Positions 18,105-27,638 of a stretch of 64,000 nt of DNA are shown piece after piece; the first letter of the stretch is position 1, and each line of letters starts with the position of its first letter. This DNA is from Kiritimatiellia bacterium (GTDB taxonomy: Bacteria; Verrucomicrobiota; Kiritimatiellia; JAAZAB01): assembly GCA_040767085.1 (NCBI GenBank), contig JAXGPF010000003.1, positions 320,001 to 384,000 of the forward strand, written 5' to 3'. The notes below the pieces were generated by a model. That model was not told the DNA's origin. It searched no databases and worked only from the letters and a program-made list of their open reading frames with translations. Position numbers and translations under genes: made by a program.

Positions 18105-19659
18105 TCAACGGAAGACGCAAATCGTCCCGCGCAGCAGGTATTCGTAACACCCCATGTCCGTCCTGCCGGAAAACCGGTCCAACCGGGGGCGGCCGTCCAG
18201 GTCGGTTGCGCCCGTCATCCACGCCTGGTTGGTTCCGGCATTGATTGCCGGCGACTGCGCCGCCAGCCGGTAGTTGCCGGCGCCATAATCGGCAAATTCC
18301 GGCGCGGCGGTGATGTTGCCCTGCTCCGCGTTGGCCAGGTTGGGGCTGCAGGAATAATAAAAGGCGTTGGTCAAGTGGTCCGCCGGCAGGCTCAAATCCG
18401 ACTGCCCGGCTCCGCCCATGAGGTTGGATACTGCGATTATGTTCCAGACCGCCAGGTTGCCCGCCGGCAGATTGTTGCTCACGGCAATTCCGCCGCCATG
18501 CATGCTTTCGTTGTCGGCGATCGTGCAGTTGGCCATGGTCACCTTGCCCGTGCCGATGTAAACTCCACCGCCGTAACTGCTGCTTCCGCTGCCCCGATTG
18601 CCGGCGATCAGGCAATTGCGCACGGTCAGATGGGTATCCGCGGAAGAGGCATTATGAACAAAGATTCCGCCGCCCCGTTGGCCTGCGGGCACAACGTTCG
18701 ACACGATCTCACAGGATTCCACCAGCCCTTGATTGTCCTGGAAAAATAAGCCGCCGCCTTCGCCGCCGGTATTGGTGTTGGCAACCACTCTCGAGTGGGT
18801 CACGGTCATCGCGCCATATAGCCCGGTTTTTACGTTGTTCGCTACGCCGCCGCCATAATTCGCCCGGTTGCCTTCAATCACGCAGTTGGTTATCAGCAAT
18901 GATTGATCAAAAGTCAGCACACCGCCGCCGCCGCTGAGGGCGCGGTTGTGGATAATTGTACAATTGGCCAGAACCGAAGTTGAAATGGAATAATATATGC
19001 CCCCGGCATGAACGGGTGAATAATTATTGCTGATAACGCAGCCGATGACGGTCCCGCCGTTTTTGACCCGGATGCCGCCTCCGTATACACCGGCGCCGGT
19101 GATCCAATTATCCAGGATATGGCAGTTGGATATCACGCTTCCCTGGCAATCCACGCCGCCGCCATTCGCGCCGAGGGAAACATTCGTCACAATCCGCGAG
19201 TTCAGCAATTGCGCGCCTTGCGAGATGAACGCGCCGCCGCCGCCCCAGGTTGTTGCATTCGACAAATTCTCGTTGCTGACCACCTGGCAATCGGTGATGA
19301 TTGAATTTGAGCCGGCGGCATAAATGCCGCCGCCATTTAACAACGAATGGCAATGCCGGATGATGCAATTGGTCACCACCCCGGCCTGCATATAAATGCC
19401 GCCGCCGCGTCCACTATAGTCGCTGCCGGGCGGATACCCGTTCTGGATGGTCAGCCCCTCAACCACCGCGCCGGCATTGTACACCCGGATGCAGCGGGTT
19501 GAATTTGCCGGGTCCGGATACATGGTCGTAACGACCACCCCCGTTGGCGCATTCATCCCGCGCAAGGTCCCAGGCGGCGCCCGCCCAACAGAGCCAAGCG
19601 CCGGCCAGCAATCCGGGCCCGGCAATTCCCCGCAAACAGCGCCACGTAAAGGTTTTCAT
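18105..19659 (-). pseudogene. Beta-helix paralog of 2407-4134 with an internal deletion and frameshift after the signal peptide
   Basis: SD GGAGGAG + ATG at 19659 encodes signal peptide MKTFTW...WAGAAW. The body (TLRGMNAPTG...DMGCYE) is in another frame from 19568; the ~57-codon TYYVA...AI segment seen in the paralog is absent. Confidence 0.75.
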
Positions 19660-19979
19660 GCCATCTCCTCCAATTTAATCAAACCGCCACCTTCCTTTTA
19701 ATACTCATTGCTTCCAGACTCAAATGCCTCACTGCCGGCAAGTATACCACGGCAGGCAGACGGATGCCATATATTGTTCATGCATGCGCTCTTTTTCAAG
19801 TCAATTATGGGGACATTTTTAAACGAGTCTTGACAGAAATTTTTTCTGCAGCTTGCATTGGCGGCGTTATCCCGCAGCCTGTTAATCCGGGGTTCTGCGG
19901 CGCGCTGGGGGCAGGTCGGAGCAAATGGTTGTTGTCAAGCCGGCGGCGGCAGCGTCAGATTGAACCGGCGTTGCCGCGG

Positions 19980-20414
19980 TCACTTTTTCCGGCGGACCAC
20001 CAGGCGGCAACGAGCCTGGCCGCATTGGGCAAGGTCTATTTCGTATTCGAATCCCAGCGGCTCCAGCACGCGCCGGTACAGCAGGTCGCAATGCTCGCAA
20101 TAGCGCGGATACGGCTGCATTTGCCGGTATGCCAGCAACCGCCCTTTGGAAGGGCAATGCCGCATGTCGATCCGGAACTCGCCGGCGGCTTCGTCCAACT
20201 CCATGGTGAAATCGGCGGCTTCCTCGTTCAGCGTCTGCGCCCAATAATCCCAGCAACCGCGCAGGCCGCGGCTCGCGGCCAGGTCGCGGAGATTGGTCAG
20301 GTAGGTATCCGACAGGTGTTCCCAGAATTTAACGACCGCATCCCGCCCGCCGCGTTCTTCGAGAAACTTGAACAACTCGCTGTAAGCGGGAATGAATTCG
20401 GTGCAGGATATCAC
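19980..20414 (-). CDS. Small conserved hypothetical protein, V4R/ATC-hydrolase-like fold, Cys-rich
   Basis: HCPSKG...YCEHC...C pattern; overlaps the upstream gene (translational coupling). Confidence 0.6.
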   Translation of the reverse strand: MISCTEFIPAYSELFKFLEERGGRDAVVKFWEHLSDTYLTNLRDLAASRGLRGCWDYWAQTLNEEAADFTMELDEAAGEFRIDMRHCPSKGRLLAYRQMQPYPRYCEHCDLLYRRVLEPLGFEYEIDLAQCGQARCRLVVRRKK

Positions 20415-20878
20415 GGCTGCCTCCGGTAAAAACGCTGCCGGCTGGCGCCGGTCAGCGGATCATAATCGCGCAATTCAAAGGCGAAGGGCGTATCCCGGCA
20501 GATGGTTTCGTTGACGATGCGGGTGGTGTCGGCGTACAGCGCGGACGGCAGGCCGCCCTGGCGCCGGATATGCTCGACGGCCGGACAGCGTTCAACCTCG
20601 ATCAGCAACTCTGCGTCGTCGCCGGAAATCCGGACCTGGCCGCCCTCGAGGCGGTAAATGTTTTCGAAATACTCCCGCAGCGCCGCCAGCCCCCGCCGCC
20701 GCAGTTCGGCCTGCAGCGGCGCATGGTAGGCGGCGGCAAACCGGCCCAGGTAGTCGCGGGCGGCGGCTACCCCGAAATTGACGCGGAGATATTCCAGGGC
20801 GGCGTTCAGCGCGCAATGAAAATCGCGGTGGAAATAAACATTGTCCGACGCCTGGCGCGTCATGGTCAGGTTGGGCAT
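20411..20878 (-). CDS. Small conserved hypothetical protein, distant paralog of the downstream gene
   Basis: Same layout (RRRGLAALREYF...E...IEVERCPA); coupled to both neighbours. Confidence 0.6.
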   Translation of the reverse strand: MPNLTMTRQASDNVYFHRDFHCALNAALEYLRVNFGVAAARDYLGRFAAAYHAPLQAELRRRGLAALREYFENIYRLEGGQVRISGDDAELLIEVERCPAVEHIRRQGGLPSALYADTTRIVNETICRDTPFAFELRDYDPLTGASRQRFYRRQP

Positions 20879-21804
20879 ATTTTCAGATACTCCGCTTCGC
20901 GCCGCAACGCGCGGCAGATGGCGCGGCGGCAGGACTCCGTCAAGGGGTACTGCGGATAGTTGCGCCAGGTTTTAAAGATGCCCATTTCCACCAGCAACTG
21001 CTTTTCGCCGGCCAGCCAGCATTGGATTTTTTTCCCGCCGTATACATCGTACATCAGGCGGTTCATGCGCGCCTGCAATTTTTCCGCGCGCGGCAGGTCG
21101 CCGGCGCGCGCGGCGGCGATGATCTGGAGCGCCAGATAGCCGTTGAAAACGCCGCCGCCCAACAGCAGTCCGTCGTAACCGGCTTGCAGATACGGCACGC
21201 AGTTGAATTCCCAGCCATTCAGCAGCACCAGCTCCGGACGGCGGCGGCGGATGGCCAGGAGCGCGCGCATGCGCGCCAGGTCGGCGGAACTGTCCTTGAC
21301 CATCACCACGCGGGGCTCGGCGCAAATCCGGCGCAACATGGCGGCGCTGACCGCCACCGGCCCGTTGGCGCCCCGATCGTAAATACCGACCGGCAGGGGG
21401 CTTTGGCGGACCGTCTCCAGGTAGATTTGCAGAATGTGCTCCGGGGTTTTGTTGGCAATGAAATACGGCGGGGCAATCACCGCGATCTCCGCGCCGGCAT
21501 CGCGGGCCCGGGCGATGTTATCCAGCATCCGCGCGGCGGAATTATCCGTCACCTGCACGGCCAGCGGCGCGCGGCCGCGCGCATGCCGGACGTAAAACCG
21601 CAGCAGGCGCCGGCGCTGGGCATCGGTCAGCCACGGGCCTTCGCCGTTGGTGCCGGCAATGAAATAGCCATTAATACCCAGTCGGCGGTCATGCTCCAGC
21701 ATCCGCCCCAGCGAGTCTTCATCCAATTCCATCCCGGCGGTCAGCGGCGTGGGCGCCGCCGACCAGACGCCGCCCGGCAGGCGGCCGCTAAGTTTGTTCG
21801 CCAT
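20866..21804 (-). CDS. Dihydrodipicolinate synthase-family class I aldolase/lyase
   Basis: GTNGEG, IYD, MVKDSS Schiff-base Lys; SD GAGGAG before ATG 21804. Confidence 0.9.
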   Translation of the reverse strand: MANKLSGRLPGGVWSAAPTPLTAGMELDEDSLGRMLEHDRRLGINGYFIAGTNGEGPWLTDAQRRRLLRFYVRHARGRAPLAVQVTDNSAARMLDNIARARDAGAEIAVIAPPYFIANKTPEHILQIYLETVRQSPLPVGIYDRGANGPVAVSAAMLRRICAEPRVVMVKDSSADLARMRALLAIRRRRPELVLLNGWEFNCVPYLQAGYDGLLLGGGVFNGYLALQIIAAARAGDLPRAEKLQARMNRLMYDVYGGKKIQCWLAGEKQLLVEMGIFKTWRNYPQYPLTESCRRAICRALRREAEYLKICPT

Positions 21805-21836
21805 ATAACTCCTCAATTTATCCGCCGCGCTGGTCT

Positions 21837-22877
21837 TCAGCCGGACTGGTGCGGGGTCATGACGGCCTTAATGATCGGCTGGCTCGCTTCGACAATGGCC
21901 CGCAGGGTTTCCCGGGCTTGCGCGAAGCCGAAGGTATGGGTCACCAACCGGCGCCCATCCACCAGGCCGTCGCGCAGCAGGCGGTTGGAAACCGGGAAAT
22001 TGATCGCCGGCTCGGCAAAGGCCGGGCGCAGTGTGATTTTCCGGAAAATCAAGTCGTTGACGTCCACTTCAATCTTGTTGCGGCCGCCGAAGTGCAGGCC
22101 GAAGAAGGTAATGATGCCGCCGAACTTGACGATTTTCAAGGCATCGTAAATGCTTTCCGGCGGCGAACTGACAATCACCCGCTCCACGCCGTTGGGAAAA
22201 CGTTTTTTAACCGCGGCTTCCGCGTCCTCCTTGCGCGTTTCAATCAGGGTGTCGCAGCCAAAGGCGGCGGCGGCGTCAAAGCGCGCCTTTTCCATGGCGG
22301 TGTCGCGGCTCAAGCCCGTGATGAACACATGGCCGGCGCCGCGCAGTTTGGCCAGGCGGGCGGCCATCAGGCCCAGCGGCCCGTTGCCCAGCACCGCCAC
22401 CGGCGCGCCAAGCGGAATTTCCGCCAGGAGCACCGCCGTGAGCGAGACCGCCAGCGGCTCCGTCAGGCTGGCGATGGCATAGTCCAGATCCTCGAATTTA
22501 TCGAGCAGGTTATAGCGCACCGCCATGTATTGCCCCATGCCGGGCTGGCCTTCCATGTTGTACATGTTGCGGCAGAATTCCGGGTGGCCGCTCTTGCAGT
22601 TTTCACAAATGCCGCACATCGAGCAATCCTCGACAATCACGCGGTCGCCCGGTTTGACGGTCTGGACGTTTTTGCCGACTTCCAGCACTTCCGCCGCGAT
22701 TTCATGGCCCAGCGCCATGTGCTCGTCCGGCCAGTCCCGGACAAAATTCACATCCGTGCCGCACACGCCGCAGGCGTGCACCTTGACGATGACCTGGTCG
22801 TCGGACGGCGCCCCGATGTCCCGGGTGCGTTCTTGAATATCAATCCCGCGTTTGCCGAATAAACCCTTGCTTTGCAT
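21837..22877 (-). CDS. Zinc-dependent (MDR) sugar/polyol dehydrogenase
   Basis: CGVCGTD, GHE, CGICENC...C, EP, GNGPLG. Confidence 0.92.
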   Translation of the reverse strand: MQSKGLFGKRGIDIQERTRDIGAPSDDQVIVKVHACGVCGTDVNFVRDWPDEHMALGHEIAAEVLEVGKNVQTVKPGDRVIVEDCSMCGICENCKSGHPEFCRNMYNMEGQPGMGQYMAVRYNLLDKFEDLDYAIASLTEPLAVSLTAVLLAEIPLGAPVAVLGNGPLGLMAARLAKLRGAGHVFITGLSRDTAMEKARFDAAAAFGCDTLIETRKEDAEAAVKKRFPNGVERVIVSSPPESIYDALKIVKFGGIITFFGLHFGGRNKIEVDVNDLIFRKITLRPAFAEPAINFPVSNRLLRDGLVDGRRLVTHTFGFAQARETLRAIVEASQPIIKAVMTPHQSG

Positions 22878-22995
22878 TTTCCCCTCCTCGGGCGGCAGGC
22901 GCCGCCCGCATCAATTTTGCTGGTTGCACAGGCCCGCGCCTGACCGGCCGCCGCCGCCGGCGGGGGCGGCGGCCCCGGATTCTCCACCGGCCGGA

Positions 22996-24324
22996 TCAGG
23001 CGGCGCCGTAAAGCCGGCCGTCGCCGCCGGGATAAACCTTGTCATCCGCGTGGCGCAGGACGGCATCCAGATCGCCGAAGACCTTGTGGAACGCCGCCAC
23101 GATCTTATCCATCAACGGGCGGCCGTTGGGGGCGTGGATGCCATGCACGACGGTATACGTGTCGCAGAGCATCGAGGCCACGGGATACTGTTCCACCCGG
23201 TAGTCATACTTGATGCCTTTCGCCTCGTTCACCGCCCAGGGATAGCCCGTGCCGCCGTAGCCCAGCCTGCTCTGGAACAAATCCTGCGCGGGCACGGGCA
23301 TGGTCTGCCATTGCCCGACCAGCATGCCTTCCTTGTACAGCGCTTTTTCCACGGCTTCGCGGAACCGGCGCGGCGCGCACTTGACGCCCGCGGCCTGGGG
23401 ATCGAACCGCACGTTGTACATGAAATACACGTGCCGGCAATCGGGCGGACAATACGGCGGGATCACGCCGGGCAGCTTGGCCAGTTCCTGCGAGAGGTAT
23501 TCGGCGTTGGCGATGCGCACGGCATTCAATTCATCCAGGTGCATCAACTGCGCCCGGGTATGCGCCGCCGGCAATTCCTGGTTGCGGTACATGTAGCCCA
23601 GGATCGAAGCATTGTACTTGCGGCGGTGCGTCACCTCGTCAACTTCATCGCCGAAACAGCGGATTAACACGCCTTTCTGAAGGATATCCTCGTCATCAGT
23701 GATGAACAGCCCGCCTTCGCCGCCGCAAAGGTTTTTGAAATTGTTCAGGCTGAACGTCCCGACGTTGCCGAAGGTGCCGACGTGCTTGCCCTTGTAGAGC
23801 GCGCCATGGGCCTGGCAGGAATCCTCGATGACGAACAGGTTGTGCTTCCTGGCAATGGCCATGATCCGGTCTTTTTCGCTCGGGCAGCCCTGGATGTCCA
23901 CCGGAATGATGGCCTTGGTGCGCGGCGTGATGGCCGCTTCCAGTTTTTCGGGATCAATGCAATAAGTCCGCGGATCGATGTCCGCGAAGACGGGGATGGC
24001 ATTCTGATGGATGGCGCAGGAAGCCGACGCCAGAAAGGTGAAGGCCGAGGTGATGACCTCGTCGCCCGGCCCGACGCCGGCCGCCGCCAGCCCCATGTGG
24101 AGGGCCGCCGTGCCGCTGCAGGTGGTCAGGCAGTGCTTGGCGCCCGTGTAGGCGGCCCATTCCTTTTCCAGCGCCGAAACCTGCGGCGCAGTGCCCCCGG
24201 CGACAATGCCGCTGTCCAGCACTTCGTTGACCAGGCGCCGGTCGTCCGCGGTAATCACCGGCCAGTTTTTATAATCGCTGCGCTGCAACATCGTTGTACC
24301 GCCGTCAATCGCCAGTTTTTCCAT
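22996..24324 (-). CDS. DegT/DnrJ/EryC1/StrS PLP aminotransferase
   Basis: SGTAALH, GPGDEVI, IEDSCQAHGA, FSLNNFKNL, GEGG. Confidence 0.93.
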   Translation of the reverse strand: MEKLAIDGGTTMLQRSDYKNWPVITADDRRLVNEVLDSGIVAGGTAPQVSALEKEWAAYTGAKHCLTTCSGTAALHMGLAAAGVGPGDEVITSAFTFLASASCAIHQNAIPVFADIDPRTYCIDPEKLEAAITPRTKAIIPVDIQGCPSEKDRIMAIARKHNLFVIEDSCQAHGALYKGKHVGTFGNVGTFSLNNFKNLCGGEGGLFITDDEDILQKGVLIRCFGDEVDEVTHRRKYNASILGYMYRNQELPAAHTRAQLMHLDELNAVRIANAEYLSQELAKLPGVIPPYCPPDCRHVYFMYNVRFDPQAAGVKCAPRRFREAVEKALYKEGMLVGQWQTMPVPAQDLFQSRLGYGGTGYPWAVNEAKGIKYDYRVEQYPVASMLCDTYTVVHGIHAPNGRPLMDKIVAAFHKVFGDLDAVLRHADDKVYPGGDGRLYGAA

Positions 24325-24386
24325 GGCTGTCTCTCCTTTTGTGCGCGGCTCCGCGGCGGAATGGCCACAACCCGCCGAACCGCAGT

Positions 24387-25166
24387 TTATGTTAAAGTCT
24401 CCGTCACCCGCGCGCTTCCGCGCGCGGGTTTCCGCTGGTATCCCCGGTCCGCTATGCGCGCGACGGATTTAAACTGGTAATATTCATACCGGTAATAACT
24501 GACAAACAACACCGCTACGCGTCCGCCCACCAGGTACACCAGGTTGGTTTCCTTCAAGAGCGGCGCACCCGGTCTGACCGACAGCAAGCGCGTCAGCGGC
24601 GCGGTAGCGGACACCCCTTCGATGGTCTGGCTCTCGTAATCCAGCGGCAAATGATGCACCGTGTATAATTGCTCGAGAAAATCCATGCACGCCAAGTCAT
24701 GCGCGCTGATTTGCCCGGCAAAAACCGCCGGCATCACCACTTCATCCACGGCCGTCGCCGCCCGCCCCAGCTTGTCGATGCGGCGCGCGAAAAGCACGCG
24801 GTCGCCGGGGGGAATCCCCAGCAAAACGGCATGGTCGGCGCCGGCCGGCTGAAATTGCCGCACCTGCACCACCCGGCGCAATTCCGGCGCATGCCGCATG
24901 ATGCTGGCGTAAAAGTCGCCGTTGACGATCGGAATGCGCCGGCGGGGTTGCGGATTGACGAAGGTGCCCCGGCCCTGCTGTCGGACGATCAGGCCTTCTT
25001 CCTCGAGAATCTGCAGGGCGCGGCGGATAGTGATGCGGGAAAGGCTCAATTCCCGGCACAAGCCGCGTTCCGTCGCCAGGCGCGCGCCCGGCTGCCAGAC
25101 GCCCGCGAGAATCCGTTCGCGGACCGACTGGGCCGCCGCGTTATAAGCCATGGTAGCGCGCTGCAT
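24387..25166 (-). CDS. GntR (HutC/UTRA) transcriptional regulator
   Basis: LATERGLCRELSLSRITIRRAL...QGRGTFV plus UTRA-like C-domain; start 25166 or 25151. Confidence 0.9.
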   Translation of the reverse strand: MQRATMAYNAAAQSVRERILAGVWQPGARLATERGLCRELSLSRITIRRALQILEEEGLIVRQQGRGTFVNPQPRRRIPIVNGDFYASIMRHAPELRRVVQVRQFQPAGADHAVLLGIPPGDRVLFARRIDKLGRAATAVDEVVMPAVFAGQISAHDLACMDFLEQLYTVHHLPLDYESQTIEGVSATAPLTRLLSVRPGAPLLKETNLVYLVGGRVAVLFVSYYRYEYYQFKSVARIADRGYQRKPARGSARVTETLT

Positions 25167-25238
25167 TGCGATGGTAACCGCCCCCCGGCGGCGCAGCCTG
25201 CCGCAACATACGGCGCCGGCACACCGGGGTTCATTAAT

Positions 25239-25277
25239 ATTGGTTATAACCATATAACCAATCGCCAAAAACGTCAA
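25239..25277 (-). promoter_or_regulatory. Promoter of gntR overlapped by a palindromic GntR-type operator
   Basis: Minus strand TTGACG-17-TATGGT; perfect IR ATTGGTTATA-acca-TATAACCAAT at 25239-25262 with nested TGGTTATAACCA. Confidence 0.7.
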
Positions 25278-25401
25278 GCTTTTTTTCGCCGACCGCCGGG
25301 AATTGTGCTGGCGCAGCGGTCATCTTTCCGTTAGAATCGCCCAGAACCAGTAATAACCATGGCCGGCGCGTTCCGCCCGGCCCAACGAAAGGCTTGTTGC
25401 C

Positions 25402-27591
25402 ATGCCCACGCATGCCGCGCCGTTCCCCGCCGGCGGCTGGATTGACGCCCGCCAGGCCGGCGCATCCGGCTCCGAATTCCAAACCACGGGCGCCATCCGC
25501 GCCGGTTCCAATGAAATCACCGTGGCCGAGGCCGGCGATTTTCAAGTCGGACAGGAAGTGACCATCTCCCGCTGCCACCCGCATTATTACGGCACGATTT
25601 ACAATGCCGCGGCGCCGTATTTCGCCAAAAACCAGCGCGCGCTTCGCGACGAAGTCGAGTTGCGCGGCCTGGATGACGGCAAGGCCTGGCAAACTTTTTT
25701 TGTGCATTTTGAAGAAGCCGCCCCGGCAACCTTCCGCTGGCTGGCGGTGGACCCCGCCTTCCAGACCAAAGCCCGCGGCCAACCGTCGCTGCGCCGCTAC
25801 TGGCAATGGCAGGGCACGGGCTTGCCGGTGGACGGCGGCCGGGTGGCGCTGGCCAGCGGCGTGGAAATGCGTTTTAAGCACCGCGCCTGGCAACCCGGGG
25901 AAAGCATTGCGCTGCACGCCCGCAACCGGCTGCTGGCCCGCATCACCGGCATCCGGGGCAAAACGCTGATCCTGAGCGCCCGCGCCACCCGCGACGCCGC
26001 GGACGCGCTGGTGCGCCATCATGATCAGGCCGCGCTGCAGACCGCCGTGGACCGGGCGATCGCCGAGCACAAGGGGCTCTTCATTCCCGCCGGACGCTAT
26101 CGCCTGTCACAGGGTCTCTGGATCCGCCAGGCCTCCCTGCGGGTGGAAGGCCTGGGCCGCGACCAGACCCTGCTGGACGTCAGCGAAGATAATACTTCTG
26201 TTTTCTGGATCGCCGGCGGACAGGATATCGCCATCCGCAATCTCGGCATGACCGGCCACACCGGCTTCCTGGAACTGCCCGCGCATACCAGCTTCAAGAC
26301 GGTTTCAGGCTTTCCCTTGTGGCCCACGGCCAACCAGCAAATGGAAATCAAGGGCTGCGCGGCGGCGAATTTTGTGAGCACGGAGCGGCTGCTTTTCGAA
26401 GACCTCAAGGTCACCCGCATGGCCTCGGAAGCGTTTTACTCGCACGGATCCGACCGGGAAGGCCATCCGCCTTACGTCCAACAACCCCATGAAGGCATGC
26501 CGGAACTCAGCCAGCAATACACCAAGTCCTGCATTTATCACCGGTGCCTGGTCAGCGACTGCGGATTCAATGTCTTCAACAACAACGATCACGCGGAAAA
26601 CACCAGCATTCTCCATTGCCATGTCGAGCGGGCGGCCAATTTCTGCGAAAACGCCGGCCGCTTTACCCGCATCATCGGCAACTACGTCCTGGACGGCTGC
26701 TTCACCAGCGTGCATAGCGGGTCGGCCGACGACCCGCGCCGGCTGGGGCCGACCCAGGCGGTGATCGCCGACAACGTCTTCGAGGGCGGCCGGTTCCTTG
26801 GCGGCATTCTGATCAACAATGCCGCCACGCAGGTCACCGTGGCCAACAACCTGTTCATCGGCTGCAGCAACGAGTACGCCATCCGCATCGGCGGCGGCCG
26901 CCGCATCACGGTGACCGGCAACCAGATCGACCTGACGCAACTGGGCGATTACCCCGACAACGATCGCGTCGGTATCTGCATTGAAGCCTCCAACGTCCTG
27001 GCGGCCGACAACCACATTTACGCGCGCGGCCCGCGGGCCGGCAAGGCTACGGGCATCAGCATTGCCGAGCATGCCGTCAATGTCCAGGCGCACAATAATC
27101 TGATTGAAAACTGCGGGCATGGCATCCGGACCGGACGGCGGCTGTTCCGCGACGCCGCCACCGGCCTGACCGATACTTTCCCGCCGCCGGCATGCGATGG
27201 ACAGGGCGCCTTCGAATTCTGCCGGACGGAATCCGAGGTTGTGGCAGCGCCGCACGGCAATACTTTCCGATGTCTCGGCTTGCCGCGCGCCTGCGACGGC
27301 GCGCCGGCCTACGCCGGCTGGCGGCTGCGCTGGCTGACCGGGAGGCAAGCCGGGCGGACCGCTGAAATCGCGGCGTTCGATCCGGCGCAGCCAGCCATCA
27401 CCCTGGAAGCGGGCGGCATGGCTGCCCGTCCGGGGGACCGTTTTGCCGTGTATCCCCGGTATGCCAACTGGCAGGTGCATCACAATACGCTGGCCGATTG
27501 CGAGCATCCGCTGCGCATGGAACTGCTCGATGCATCCGGCGTGCGCTGCGCCGACAACATCATCGCGCCGCCGGCGGGCAACGGCAATTAA
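25402..27591 (+). CDS. Right-handed beta-helix (pectin-lyase-like) protein, no obvious signal peptide
   Basis: DDQAALQTAVD-like motif (HHDQAALQTAVD)...LFIPAGRYRL...VEGLG; repeated I-x-x-N beta-helix rungs. Confidence 0.75.
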   Translation: MPTHAAPFPAGGWIDARQAGASGSEFQTTGAIRAGSNEITVAEAGDFQVGQEVTISRCHPHYYGTIYNAAAPYFAKNQRALRDEVELRGLDDGKAWQTFFVHFEEAAPATFRWLAVDPAFQTKARGQPSLRRYWQWQGTGLPVDGGRVALASGVEMRFKHRAWQPGESIALHARNRLLARITGIRGKTLILSARATRDAADALVRHHDQAALQTAVDRAIAEHKGLFIPAGRYRLSQGLWIRQASLRVEGLGRDQTLLDVSEDNTSVFWIAGGQDIAIRNLGMTGHTGFLELPAHTSFKTVSGFPLWPTANQQMEIKGCAAANFVSTERLLFEDLKVTRMASEAFYSHGSDREGHPPYVQQPHEGMPELSQQYTKSCIYHRCLVSDCGFNVFNNNDHAENTSILHCHVERAANFCENAGRFTRIIGNYVLDGCFTSVHSGSADDPRRLGPTQAVIADNVFEGGRFLGGILINNAATQVTVANNLFIGCSNEYAIRIGGGRRITVTGNQIDLTQLGDYPDNDRVGICIEASNVLAADNHIYARGPRAGKATGISIAEHAVNVQAHNNLIENCGHGIRTGRRLFRDAATGLTDTFPPPACDGQGAFEFCRTESEVVAAPHGNTFRCLGLPRACDGAPAYAGWRLRWLTGRQAGRTAEIAAFDPAQPAITLEAGGMAARPGDRFAVYPRYANWQVHHNTLADCEHPLRMELLDASGVRCADNIIAPPAGNGN

Positions 27592-27638
27592 AGGAAGCGT
27601 TGCCGCCCGGCTGCCCGCCCCGGCGGCAGGCAGCCGGA

